Shown here: positions 23,173 to 33,252 of the stretch, in pieces
How the letters are laid out: every line of letters starts with the position of its first letter
How positions within the stretch are numbered: position 1 is the stretch's first letter
Made by a program: the position numbers and the translations under genes
Notes under the pieces: model-generated
The model's input: only the letters and a program-made list of their open reading frames with translations
Told to the model about the DNA's origin: nothing
Databases searched by the model: none
Origin: a virus
IMG/VR virus record: IMGVR_UViG_3300024999_000080
Coordinates: 1-64,000 of that record
Length of the DNA stretch: 64,000 nt
Direction: 5' to 3' (one strand)

Positions 23173-24081
23173 ATGAATACACGTTATGAAGAAATCGTAG
23201 ATGTACAAGCAATTGGAGTAGCACAAAACACTCGAAGTCTTAATGAAATTCTTGCAAAAGCAAATCAAGAAAAACTTCAACCTGCATCTAAAAATGTTGA
23301 GCAAGTATTGGTAATCGGAATAGACATCCAGAACGATTTTTTAGAGCAGGGAGCTTTAGCAGTACAAGGCAGTCATGGAGATACAGAAAGATTTACAAAA
23401 TTCATTTACGACAATATGGATAAAATTGCTCAAATTGCTGTATCAATTGACACTCATAACCCATTCCAAATTTTTCATCCTTGTTGGTGGGTAGATGCAG
23501 ATGGTAACAATCCTCCTCCATTCACACCAATTACTTTAAAAGATTTAGATGATGGAAAATGGTTTCCTGTAGTAGATCCAATGAAAAGTCGTAAATATGT
23601 TGAAGGATTAGAAGCAAAGGGTAAAAAGAATTTGTTAATTTGGACATATCATTGTCTTCAAGGTACTCATGGTGCAGCATTAGAAAATCAATTTGCAAAT
23701 ATGGTTTATTTTCACTCAGTTGCTAAGAAAACAATGGTTAATCGAATTGTTAAAGGAACAGATTATTTTAGCGAGATGTATGGAATATTTGCTCCAGAGT
23801 TTGATGAAAAAGGATTTATTAACCTTGATGTTTTGAATAAGATGGCTAAGTTTGATAAAATTGTAATCGGAGGTCAGGCTAGTGATTTCTGTTGTTATGA
23901 GAGTATTAAACAGTTACTAGAGTTTCACAAGAGTAATTCTGAACTTTTGAAAAAGGTATTCATTCTAGAAGATTGCATGTCTGCTGTGATGGATACTCCT
24001 GAACAAAGTAAAACTCGATATGATGAATTGAAGAAAGTATATAAAGTTAATATTGTAAAATCAACAGACTTAGTTCTTTAA
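23173..24081 (+). CDS. Nicotinamidase/isochorismatase-family cysteine hydrolase
   Basis: IDIQNDF, DTH, WTYHCLQGTHGA, KG, ASDFCC (D-K-C triad pattern). Confidence 0.85.
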   Translation: MNTRYEEIVDVQAIGVAQNTRSLNEILAKANQEKLQPASKNVEQVLVIGIDIQNDFLEQGALAVQGSHGDTERFTKFIYDNMDKIAQIAVSIDTHNPFQIFHPCWWVDADGNNPPPFTPITLKDLDDGKWFPVVDPMKSRKYVEGLEAKGKKNLLIWTYHCLQGTHGAALENQFANMVYFHSVAKKTMVNRIVKGTDYFSEMYGIFAPEFDEKGFINLDVLNKMAKFDKIVIGGQASDFCCYESIKQLLEFHKSNSELLKKVFILEDCMSAVMDTPEQSKTRYDELKKVYKVNIVKSTDLVL

Positions 24082-24134
24082 TAGTTTGATAAGATATAAA
24101 AATAAAATAAATTTAAGAAATGAGGAATATTAAA

Positions 24135-24806
24135 ATGGCAGACGTAATGGATATTTTAGGTATGGATGAAATGGAACAAGAAAATACTTCTATGGACGAT
24201 CTAAATAGTGAAAACATTAATTTAATCTTTATTGCAATTGATGAATCAGGTTCAATGGGTGGTTACATTAATGATATGAAGAAAAATCTTTCAGAGTTTA
24301 AAAGTGCATTAACTGATAGTAAAGAATCGGATGAAATGTTAGTGGCTAGAGCTAATTTCCATGATAGCAACATTGATATTGGAGGATATAAAAAGATTGA
24401 AGAATTTGATACAGCTTATAATGTGTACGGTATGACTCCATTATATGATGTAGTTGTTGAAGGTTCGGAGAAATTAGTCAATTATATGACTTACTTAAAA
24501 AATCAAGGAATGCGTGTTAAAGCTGTATTTGCAGTATTCTCAGATGGAGAAGACACAAGTTCTAAAAACAGCATTAGTCAGGCCAAAAATGTTATCACAG
24601 ATCTGAATAGTAAAGAGGTAACGACTGCATTCATTAGTTTTGGTTCAAGTGCTATGAGAGAAGCAAAGAATATGCAATTTAAAAATATTCTTCAGGTTGG
24701 ATCTTCTGCTAGTGAATTGCGTAAAGCATTTGATTGTCTATCTAAATCAGTTATTGAAAGTTCAAAATCAGTAGTTGCTCAAGCAGATGATTTCTTTACA
24801 ATGTAA
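24135..24806 (+). CDS. von Willebrand factor A domain protein (TerY-like)
   Basis: MIDAS motif DESGSM, TPLYD, FSDGED. Confidence 0.85.
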   Translation: MADVMDILGMDEMEQENTSMDDLNSENINLIFIAIDESGSMGGYINDMKKNLSEFKSALTDSKESDEMLVARANFHDSNIDIGGYKKIEEFDTAYNVYGMTPLYDVVVEGSEKLVNYMTYLKNQGMRVKAVFAVFSDGEDTSSKNSISQAKNVITDLNSKEVTTAFISFGSSAMREAKNMQFKNILQVGSSASELRKAFDCLSKSVIESSKSVVAQADDFFTM

Positions 24807-24822
24807 TATGTAATAATTTAAT

Positions 24823-24858
24823 TGACTAGTCCTGTTTGAAATATAGCAGGACTAGTCA
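24823..24858. terminator. Strong intra-operon hairpin
   Basis: TGACTAGTCCTG...CAGGACTAGTCA inverted repeat, no U-tract. Confidence 0.6.
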
Positions 24859-24874
24859 CAAATAGGAGGAAATA

Positions 24875-25498
24875 ATGTTTATTAATAAAATTGGATATCT
24901 TCATTTAGAAAAAGGATTGAATTGTCAAGATTTTGGTTTTGAGAGTGACAAGCATAAATGTATAATGGACGGTTGTTCAGAAGGAAAACATAGCGAAGTT
25001 GGTGCTAAATTATTTGCACATATGTTTTCAAAAGGATTAGATCCAATTGAATGTTTTGAAAAGTTGTCTGGTATATTTCCTGATTACGAGGATATAAGAG
25101 ACCATATGTTATTTACTGTATTATTCGTTTCCCAAACTGATGAAGAATACATAGTTGATATTTGTGGTGATGGATACATAATTAAGCAAAAACTTGATGA
25201 TTCGATTGAGTATGAAAAAATAGGAGAAGGTAATGCTCCAGAATATTATGCTTATAATTTTGTTTCTTCAGATCGTTTGAATAAGTATAAAGATGGTGTT
25301 GAATTCAAACATCACCTACTATCTAAAAGCGAATATAAGGCCGTAGGAGTGGCATCTGATGGCTTAGATTACATTCTTAATAGTCCTTTTAAGGATGAGT
25401 TTGAAAAGCATTTAATAGGAAGAAAAGAATTTGCAATCCGAAGACTAATCAATCGAGAACATAAATATTTTAAGGATGATATTTCAATTGTAATTTGA
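24875..25498 (+). CDS. PP2C-family protein phosphatase
   Basis: NCQD, DGCSEGKHSEVGA, CGDG, ASDG, DDISI. Confidence 0.85.
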   Translation: MFINKIGYLHLEKGLNCQDFGFESDKHKCIMDGCSEGKHSEVGAKLFAHMFSKGLDPIECFEKLSGIFPDYEDIRDHMLFTVLFVSQTDEEYIVDICGDGYIIKQKLDDSIEYEKIGEGNAPEYYAYNFVSSDRLNKYKDGVEFKHHLLSKSEYKAVGVASDGLDYILNSPFKDEFEKHLIGRKEFAIRRLINREHKYFKDDISIVI

Positions 25499-25512
25499 TT
25501 GAGGTGAAAGTG

Positions 25513-27216
25513 ATGAATATAAGTGCTAAAATTCTAAAACAAACTCCATTAGCTGAAGGTGGAGAAGGTATTATATATGATTTAGGGGATAATGTTCTTA
25601 AGGTCTATAAAGATTCGGTTGATAAGCAAGAAAAATTAAAAAAGGTTAAATTGTTGATATCTAAATCTTTACCTTCAAATATTATCAAACCTATTGATAT
25701 TGCTTATGATTCACAGAAAAAGTTTATTGGTTATATTATGCCGAAAGCAGAAGGTGAAGACGTTAAGAAATTAGGCAATAAGAAATATGTTAAAGTAAAT
25801 AATATTAAAATCCAAGACATTAGTAAATTAGCATTAAAAATAAAAGAAACTCTCACAATTTTACATAATCAAAACATTCTTATCAGCGACTTAAATGATG
25901 GCAATATATTATTCACCAAGGATTTTGAACCATATTTTATTGATGTTGATAGTTGGTCTATTGATAATATTAATTGTACAGTTTGTATGGAAACATTTAA
26001 AGATCCTAAATTAGTTTCCAGTAATTTCACTAAAGATACTGATTCATTTTCATTTGCTGTGTTATTATTTAAGATGCTGACAAGACTTCATCCCTTCGGA
26101 GGAACAATGAATCCAGATATGGATATTATTCAAAGGATGAGTAAGGGCATATCAGTAATCGAAAATTCAAAAGTTATTGTTCCAAAGAATATTAATAAGT
26201 GGGAATTTATGTCTCCAAAATTACTTACGGATATGAGAAGTATTTTTGAAAAAGGAAAAAGGTTTTTAATAGATCAAAATTTGTTGGATTTTGCTTCAAA
26301 TTTGAAGTATTGTGATAAACATGAAGATTATTATTATAGCAAGTACAAAACGTGTCCTATTTGTGATGTAAGTGCTGTAATAATTCAAGCTCCTATACAA
26401 GTTGTTGGGAATGGATCTATTCCTTATATTGTTCTAATTGCTTCAAATGGTGTGAAAATGATATTAAATCTTGATACATTTATTGATGATAATGATTTTG
26501 TAATTCATAGCAGATCAAAGAAAAAAGTAGAATTAGTTAATGGTAATAGATATTATTTTTCTAATGATGGAGATATTGCTTTCACAGTTTCAAATATGGA
26601 TATTGGCGTTAGTAATCAAAAAGGAACATTTATATTTGAGAAAATTAATAAGAGTAATGTTGTCGTGAAGAATGATATTATTTACTATATTAATTCAAGT
26701 TGTAATCTTGTGGAATTGACTGTAGGTGATATTGGCAACTCATTAAGGGTAATTACTAAAACTTCTTTTAATTCATTTTTTGAAGTGTATGATAAAGACA
26801 ATTATCTAGTTTGTAATATTTATGATGGTTTTAAAATTGTCAACATTAGTGGATATAATTATCAGATTAATGACAATGATAAAATTGTTAATTATGGTAT
26901 ACACTTCGACACTATAAAGAATTTATGGTTATTTATTACTGAGGATGATAAAGGTAACTTTAAGACATTGATTTTTGATAAGAATAAAGTAGTTTACAGT
27001 AGCGATAGTATAAAGTATCAAACTGATCTAGGGAATTTATGTTTTAGTGGTGGGGTAATATTTAGCCCTAGTGATAAGGTTATTAGAGGATTTGGTTACG
27101 AGAAGAATGTTTATAAGGATTTTCCTTGTGATGTGGTTAATGATGGATCTAAGTTAATTAGAGATGGTAGCAAGTTTATTGTGATTAATGATAAAGAAGT
27201 TTATAGGTTGGGTTAA
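25513..27216 (+). CDS. Ser/Thr protein kinase with a Zn-ribbon and beta-rich C-terminus
   Basis: LAEGGEGIIY, VLKVY, SDLNDGNILF, FIDVDSW, RLHPF, CxxH..CxxC. Confidence 0.87.
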   Translation: MNISAKILKQTPLAEGGEGIIYDLGDNVLKVYKDSVDKQEKLKKVKLLISKSLPSNIIKPIDIAYDSQKKFIGYIMPKAEGEDVKKLGNKKYVKVNNIKIQDISKLALKIKETLTILHNQNILISDLNDGNILFTKDFEPYFIDVDSWSIDNINCTVCMETFKDPKLVSSNFTKDTDSFSFAVLLFKMLTRLHPFGGTMNPDMDIIQRMSKGISVIENSKVIVPKNINKWEFMSPKLLTDMRSIFEKGKRFLIDQNLLDFASNLKYCDKHEDYYYSKYKTCPICDVSAVIIQAPIQVVGNGSIPYIVLIASNGVKMILNLDTFIDDNDFVIHSRSKKKVELVNGNRYYFSNDGDIAFTVSNMDIGVSNQKGTFIFEKINKSNVVVKNDIIYYINSSCNLVELTVGDIGNSLRVITKTSFNSFFEVYDKDNYLVCNIYDGFKIVNISGYNYQINDNDKIVNYGIHFDTIKNLWLFITEDDKGNFKTLIFDKNKVVYSSDSIKYQTDLGNLCFSGGVIFSPSDKVIRGFGYEKNVYKDFPCDVVNDGSKLIRDGSKFIVINDKEVYRLG

Positions 27217-27235
27217 AAAAGGAGAATAAATACAA

Positions 27236-29233
27236 ATGATCACTGACATTCCATGTCCTTACTGTAAAGGTACAGATATAAACATTGAAGAAGTAGTTTG
27301 GGTATCTTTTAATCAAGAAAATGAAGGATTAGTTGAAATTTTAAATTATTGTCAGACTTGTAAGAGTCAATATCCAGTATTGACAGAGTTTAAATATGAA
27401 GTTATTAAGAGTGAGTATAGGGAGGTTTAGATTTTTATGGATAAGGCATTTGAAATCCATGCCCATTGGGAAGAAAATGGAGAATATTTTATTGATACTG
27501 ATTATAGGCAATTGAGTACAATAAAGAAAACCCAATATGATAAAGCAGTAAAAGATGGTTTTGTTATTATTAAAATAGATGATGGAGATGTAATATAAAA
27601 ATGAATATCGTTATTAATAATTGTATTGATTGTTCTTCACATAAGGTATTGCTAGATCCAGACCCTAATGATTGGTTTTGTGACGATGATGTTAAAGTTG
27701 TATGCTCTATAGATAATAGAGAAATTACATGTGCTTGTAGACCATATAATATTAGAAAAGAATGTGATATTCCTAAATGGTGTTGGAAATTAAAATAAAG
27801 GAGTATTTTTGGAAATTAGTAAAATTAAAATCGTTGCAGGAGTAGGCTTTCAGGGTTCGGCACATGGCATAAAACATGTCTTTCGAGGGATATTAAGGTG
27901 ATTATATATTAAGGAGATGAAAATAAATGAGTTGTTATGCTTTTACATGTCAATGTTTTTATTGTTCAAGAGTTCAATATGGTTGTAAAAGAGATACACC
28001 TAATAAATGTTCTGAATACAATTGTGGGAATGATGCAGTTTGTTTGCAAGTTTTACCGGAAGATTATTATATTAATCAATGTAAAAAGTTTGGTAAAGTT
28101 GAAAGTGATGTTGGATCTTGTATTGATTGTAGCGTAGAAAATAAGGATTTGTTTTATGCTTGTAGAGATGTTGGATATTTGAAAGGTAAAAGTTAAGGAG
28201 GGTTAAATGCATAAAATAAAAGGGTATTGGAGTAAATTTGTTTTAATTCAAATGATAGTGATAATACTTTTATCTATAATTGGATTACCTAAAAGTAATT
28301 TAAGTTTGTTCTTGTGGATGGGAATTATATTATTTGATTCAATAATTACTCATCCTATATGGTACGAAGAGGAGGAAAATAAATGTATTTAGCAGATGTA
28401 ATTAAAAATTGCAAAGAAGGAGAAGTATATAAAGCTACTTTTGCAATTGATGAGCATTGGTATATTGCTAAAATAGCAGGGTTTATTTGGTATTGTGATG
28501 AGAATGGAAAAGCATTTGAAGATATGTCAGCAGTACCTTTGACTTATAGTAATTTAAGGGCAGAATATGAGTTAGTTCAGAAAGGAGCGTTTATATGAAA
28601 GAAAAATTAACTGGTATATTTCACAATGAATTTAAAAAGCATTGAGTAACTAAATTTATTAGAAATGGATATGTATTAATGAAATACAAATATCCAAAGG
28701 TTAAAATTCCTTTTACTTCTCCAATGGTGCGATGGGAAAATCTAAATCATTGCGGTGGATGGAGTATGTGCGATGAGAATGGGGTAGAATTATCAACACA
28801 AATAAATCTTATTCAAGATGTTGTTAATGGATTTAAACCTATGGGATTTTGCTATTCCCTTCATAAAGAACAAAAAAATGAATTTATGAAGATTATTATT
28901 GAGTCTGGATTGCCTTATACTACAGATGAACTAGATTGGAAAAATCCAGATTTTCCAATAAGATATGGTTTCAATATTTGCCAGCATGGAAAAATAGGTG
29001 ATTTACTTGATATTGATGCTGTCATAGAATCATATAATTTATTAGATTTATCCCATGATAAATGGATTTATAATACGATAAGAGTTAATCTTTTGAAAAT
29101 CAAGGACAATAAATTGTCAAATTATCTTACAGATTGGGATTATGGAAATCCTAAAACAGTTATTGAAGCAGTAACAGTAGGACTTTTATTAGGATATCCA
29201 ATTGAATCTACATTTGCATTAACGACTTCTTAG
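27236..29233 (+). other. Small hypothetical ORFs, mostly Cys-rich (27236, 27601, 27927, 28207, 28383, 28679)
   Basis: Co-oriented RBS-preceded ORFs. Confidence 0.65.
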
Positions 29234-29357
29234 AGTTGGAAGAGAATTGGAGGGGTGGGGTTATAATTATAAAAATAAATTTTATAATTATGAATAGGAC
29301 AAAATGAAATTGTCTATAATATAATCACAAGGAAATAAAAAGGAGTGTGATTATATT

Positions 29358-29774
29358 ATGCAAAATGTAAGTGTAAGTGTAAGTGTAAGTGTAAATAAAG
29401 TTTCACAAGAGATAAAAAGAGGAGATATTTGGTTAGCAGAATTAGAAGGAAGTAAAGGTTCAGAAATGAAAATGGTACGCCCCGTTGTAATCATTCAAAA
29501 TAATTTAGGGAATAAATATAGCCCATGTTGCACTATAATTCCATTGACTAGTAAGGTTGGGAAACGATGGATGCCCACTCACACAACCCTACATAAGACG
29601 GTTTGCTTATCAACTTTGAGTATTGCTCTCGCAGAACAGGTTGCAACGATTTCAAAGGAACGATTGACAAAATTTATTGGAGTGGTCGAAAAGTCAGAAA
29701 TAGTTGCTATTGAAGATGCTATTATGATTCAGTTGGGAATCAAACCAAGAAATAATATTGCGTATGCAAATTAA
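29358..29774 (+). CDS. mazF: MazF/PemK endoribonuclease, no adjacent antitoxin
   Basis: KRGDIWLAEL, GSEMKMVRPVVIIQNN.GN..SP, PLTS, PTH, AEQV.TISKERL. Confidence 0.88.
   Translation: MQNVSVSVSVSVNKVSQEIKRGDIWLAELEGSKGSEMKMVRPVVIIQNNLGNKYSPCCTIIPLTSKVGKRWMPTHTTLHKTVCLSTLSIALAEQVATISKERLTKFIGVVEKSEIVAIEDAIMIQLGIKPRNNIAYAN
29367..29394 (+). repeat. (GTAAGT)4 in-frame microsatellite encoding VSVSVSVS
   Basis: Direct reading. Confidence 0.9.
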
Positions 29775-29820
29775 TAAGAGGGAGAGATAAAATTTAATTG
29801 AGTGAATATAATATTTTAAC

Positions 29821-31374
29821 TTGGCAAAGGAGAATTGCCGAGTGCTGTTAACAAAGACGCTAACAATGAAATGGAGTGCAAATAATAAGGTATGGTTTGA
29901 AAGTAAGGGATATACTTTTACTAAATGGAAAGATGAATTTGAGATTAAGGTGGAAGATTTATCTGATGGTTCTGGGGCATTAGTTGATGTCCAATGTGAC
30001 GGATGTGGAGAAATATTAACTAATATGAAATGGCAATCATATATAAGAAGTTCTAAGAAAGATGGTAAATATTATTGTAAAAAATGTTCTTGTAAATTAT
30101 TTGATGGTGAAAATCAGAGAAAAACTAAGTTAAAAAGTAGCAAATCCTTTTACGATTGGTGCTATGAAAATTTACCAAGAGCAATAGCAAATTATATATT
30201 ATCAAAATGGGATTATGCTTTAAATATCAATAAGAACGGCAATATAATAAGTCCTAAAGATGTTAGTTTTAGTTCTACAGGTTTTGACGGTAAAGGATAT
30301 TGGTTTAAATGCCTTAAATATCCTGAACATGGATCTGAACAGAAACGTATTAGTAATTTTGTTAGCGGAATGGGTTTAGGTAACGTTATTACTTGCATTC
30401 AATGTAACATTATTTCTATTACCCATCCACATTTAATAAAATATCTGGTAAATAAAGAAGATGCGAATAAATATTCTTTTGGTTCAAATGAAAAAATACC
30501 CATGAATTGTGTTAATTGTGGATATGAAAAAAAATTAAGTTTTAATAAATTAGTAAGTAGAGGTTTCCCTTGTCCAAGGTGTTCAGATGGTATAAGCTAT
30601 CCTGAAAAATTTCTATTTTCATTCTTAGAACAATTAAATTTATATTTTAACTTTCAATTAACAAAAACAACTTTCAAATGGTGTGGCAAATATAAATATG
30701 ACTTTTACATAGAAATAATTAATGGAATAGTTGAGGCAGGAGGTTTGCAACACTATGACGATACTAAAGGTAGAAATTGGGGAGCATCATTAGAAGAAAT
30801 ACAAGAAAATGATTTCGACAAGGAATGGATTGCTAGAATAAATAAAATTAAGAATTACATAATTTTAGATTGTAGATATTCTGATATGAAATGGATTAAG
30901 CAATCTATAATGAAGTCTAGGTTGCTTATATTAGGATTTAAAGAGGAAGATATCGATTGGCTAAAGTGTCATGAGGCGGGTTGTAATAGTTTGGTTAAAA
31001 TTTCCTGTGATCTATGGAATAATGGAATGAAAAATACATCACAGATAGCAGATATAATAAAGGTGCATAGGGCTACTATTGTAAACTACTTAAAACAAGG
31101 AGTTAAACTTGAATGGTGTGACTATGATCCTAAAATAGCGATGACTGGTAACTATAGTAGAAGTGTTATATGTATAACTACTAGGGAGATATTTAATTCA
31201 ATTGCTGAAGCAGGAAACGTTTATAAAACAGATTGTAGTAGTATATCAAAATGTAGTAAAAATAAAAAGAAATACTCAGGATTACATTCAGAAACGGGAG
31301 ATAAATTAAAATGGATGTATTTAGTAGATTATGAGAATATGGTTAAATATCAAAATAATAATAAACCTTCATAA
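29821..31374 (+). CDS. Zn-ribbon + PD-(D/E)XK/Vsr-like endonuclease + NUMOD1-like (homing-endonuclease-type) protein
   Basis: Multiple CxxC; SYPEKF; YDFYI...IVEAGGLQHY; C-terminal VICITTREIFNSIAEA. Confidence 0.7.
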   Translation: MAKENCRVLLTKTLTMKWSANNKVWFESKGYTFTKWKDEFEIKVEDLSDGSGALVDVQCDGCGEILTNMKWQSYIRSSKKDGKYYCKKCSCKLFDGENQRKTKLKSSKSFYDWCYENLPRAIANYILSKWDYALNINKNGNIISPKDVSFSSTGFDGKGYWFKCLKYPEHGSEQKRISNFVSGMGLGNVITCIQCNIISITHPHLIKYLVNKEDANKYSFGSNEKIPMNCVNCGYEKKLSFNKLVSRGFPCPRCSDGISYPEKFLFSFLEQLNLYFNFQLTKTTFKWCGKYKYDFYIEIINGIVEAGGLQHYDDTKGRNWGASLEEIQENDFDKEWIARINKIKNYIILDCRYSDMKWIKQSIMKSRLLILGFKEEDIDWLKCHEAGCNSLVKISCDLWNNGMKNTSQIADIIKVHRATIVNYLKQGVKLEWCDYDPKIAMTGNYSRSVICITTREIFNSIAEAGNVYKTDCSSISKCSKNKKKYSGLHSETGDKLKWMYLVDYENMVKYQNNNKPS

Positions 31375-31422
31375 AATATATAAGTAAATATAACTAAGAT
31401 AAAGGAGAGATAATATAAATAG

Positions 31423-32043
31423 ATGGTTGAAACATTAATATTCAGTATTTTGTGCCTAAAAACAAAATTATATTTAAAGCTAGGCAAATTCCAAATACAT
31501 AAAGAATCATATCTAGTTAAACCAATACTAAAACAATGGAGTATTTATCCGGTAATACTTATGTCATTAATATATTGTATTTTTCAATATATGATTTTAA
31601 ACCATGATTATAGTTTTATACCATATCAAAAGATATTTAAAGATGCCTTGATCATGTCATACATAATATTAGGAGTCGATATTTTATTTAGGAATAAAAT
31701 ATATAAACCATTTATATTTGCTTGTTATAGTTTATTAAGTGGTTGTGGACTGAACGCTATTGTAATGCATTTTAACAATAAAAAGATGCCAATTTTCCCG
31801 ACATTTACTTATTCGACTGGCTATACACAGTATGATATGATTATAAATTCTTCTAAATATGGAGATTTTCATGTTCTTGGAGATCATACAACAAAATTGA
31901 TATTTTTAGCTGATGTATTCGATGTCTGTGGGTTTTCAATATGGTCAATCGGGGATATTTTGGTCAGGGTATTTGCTTTTATGATGGTATATTATTCAGT
32001 TAAAGAGGTTAATAAAATACATAAGAATAAAATTGTAAATTAA
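31423..32043 (+). CDS. DUF5317-family membrane protein
   Basis: Hydrophobic; LNAIVMHFNNKKMP...TKLIFLAD...SIGDI pattern. Confidence 0.75.
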   Translation: MVETLIFSILCLKTKLYLKLGKFQIHKESYLVKPILKQWSIYPVILMSLIYCIFQYMILNHDYSFIPYQKIFKDALIMSYIILGVDILFRNKIYKPFIFACYSLLSGCGLNAIVMHFNNKKMPIFPTFTYSTGYTQYDMIINSSKYGDFHVLGDHTTKLIFLADVFDVCGFSIWSIGDILVRVFAFMMVYYSVKEVNKIHKNKIVN

Positions 32044-32056
32044 TAAATAAATATAC

Positions 32057-32085
32057 TTGCATTACATTCTTGCATATGGTATACT
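32057..32085 (+). promoter_or_regulatory. sigmaA promoter for receptor-agrD
   Basis: TTGCAT-N17-TATACT with TG extension. Confidence 0.6.
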
Positions 32086-32125
32086 TGTTTTAGGTTAAGA
32101 AATGAATAAGAAAGAGGTAATACAT

Positions 32126-32941
32126 ATGCAAGGTGTAACAAATGCTTTATTGAATACTATTTTGGTAAGCATCCCAGAGGAATCATTTATTGTAATTATG
32201 ACATTGGTTTTTTTAAGAAGATTTGATATGTTGGACATCAGAATGTGGAAACACAGTTTGAAATGGATCATGGTTCCAACCTTGCCCGTAGCAATAATGA
32301 TAAACGTGTTTAGATATATAGTAATAATACCAAAACCATTAATGTCTTTAGCTTCATTTATATTAATGACAATTTTAATAATATTTATGATAATAAAAAA
32401 TAGTGTTGTTTTTGATAAAAAGTTATTATTTAAGACAATAATGTTTACAATATTAAGTTTTGTTGTGGTTGGATTAATAGAATTATTATATTATCCTATT
32501 TCACTCTCCTTGTTACATAAACAGATGTCTTATTTTAATAATAATATCCTATACAATCTTTTATTAGCAATTCCTACAAGAGTATTACAAATATGTATTG
32601 TGGCATTTATCATAATGAGGAAAAACAATGATATTGAGATAAATTTATTCAACACAATTGTGAGAAACAAGTTTTTTACAAAAAGTTTTATAATGATGAT
32701 AACTATTATGTTATTTGTAATAATTTATATGGGGAAGTTGCTAATGTTTGATAATATATTAGTGGAATTACAAGTCATTGATCAATTGTTCATAGTTTTA
32801 ATTGTTATAGTAACACCAATAATTTTAATTACTTGGTTCCTAATGTTTGTTAATTATTTATTAACAAAGGAAAAACAAATACAGCAGACTTACGAAAATC
32901 TTGTTATGCAAGATGACGTAATGCTTGATGTAGAAGATTAA
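32126..32941 (+). CDS. Multi-TM protein resembling an AgrC-type sensor domain, lacking a histidine-kinase domain
   Basis: About 7 hydrophobic segments and a short acidic tail; no H-box/N/G boxes; directly upstream of agrD. Confidence 0.55.
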   Translation: MQGVTNALLNTILVSIPEESFIVIMTLVFLRRFDMLDIRMWKHSLKWIMVPTLPVAIMINVFRYIVIIPKPLMSLASFILMTILIIFMIIKNSVVFDKKLLFKTIMFTILSFVVVGLIELLYYPISLSLLHKQMSYFNNNILYNLLLAIPTRVLQICIVAFIIMRKNNDIEINLFNTIVRNKFFTKSFIMMITIMLFVIIYMGKLLMFDNILVELQVIDQLFIVLIVIVTPIILITWFLMFVNYLLTKEKQIQQTYENLVMQDDVMLDVED

Positions 32942-32961
32942 AGTGAAAGGAGGTGAAATTA

Positions 32962-33078
32962 ATGAAAAAATACGCTATCGTCGCTGGAATGGTTGCCCTG
33001 GCCGCTACAATGTTTACTAATGTTTTTGCTTCTTGGTTGGGTGCACATCAACCAAAGTCCCCTAATTGCATGAAATAA
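32962..33078 (+). CDS. agrD: AgrD-type cyclic lactone autoinducer precursor (38 aa, missed by the ORF track)
   Basis: Perfect RBS AAAGGAGGTGA; MKKYAIVAGMVALAATMFTNVFA-SWLGA-HQPKSPNCMK matches clostridial AgrD leader-[C/S]xxxx-HQPxxP. Confidence 0.88.
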   Translation: MKKYAIVAGMVALAATMFTNVFASWLGAHQPKSPNCMK

Positions 33079-33090
33079 TATTATCCTACA

Positions 33091-33120
33091 TATAGGGAGG
33101 GACTTCGGTTCTTCCCTATA
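33091..33120 (+). terminator. 13-bp hairpin with C(UUCG)G tetraloop after agrD
   Basis: TATAGGGAGGGAC-TTCG-GTTCTTCCCTATA. Confidence 0.75.
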
Positions 33121-33158
33121 ACCATAAAATAATTGTATAGTTAATATTTACATATTTG

Positions 33159-33188
33159 TTGACATTTTGCATATCTTTATAGTAAGAT
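33159..33188 (+). promoter_or_regulatory. sigmaA promoter for HTH-MazF + agrB
   Basis: TTGACA-N18-TAAGAT. Confidence 0.55.
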
Positions 33189-33252
33189 ATTAATAAGGAA
33201 ATAATAAAAAATTATAAATATCTTATTAGAGATGAAGAGGAGATGTGTTATT

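Noticed and set aside
27937-28137. Alternative-frame ORF inside 27927..28196
   Set aside because: The RBS supports 27927; the overlap is incidental
33147-33174. AgrA/LytTR direct repeats (TTTACATAT / TTTGCATAT)
   Set aside because: 19-bp spacing rather than about 21, poor consensus match, and no LytTR gene in the window
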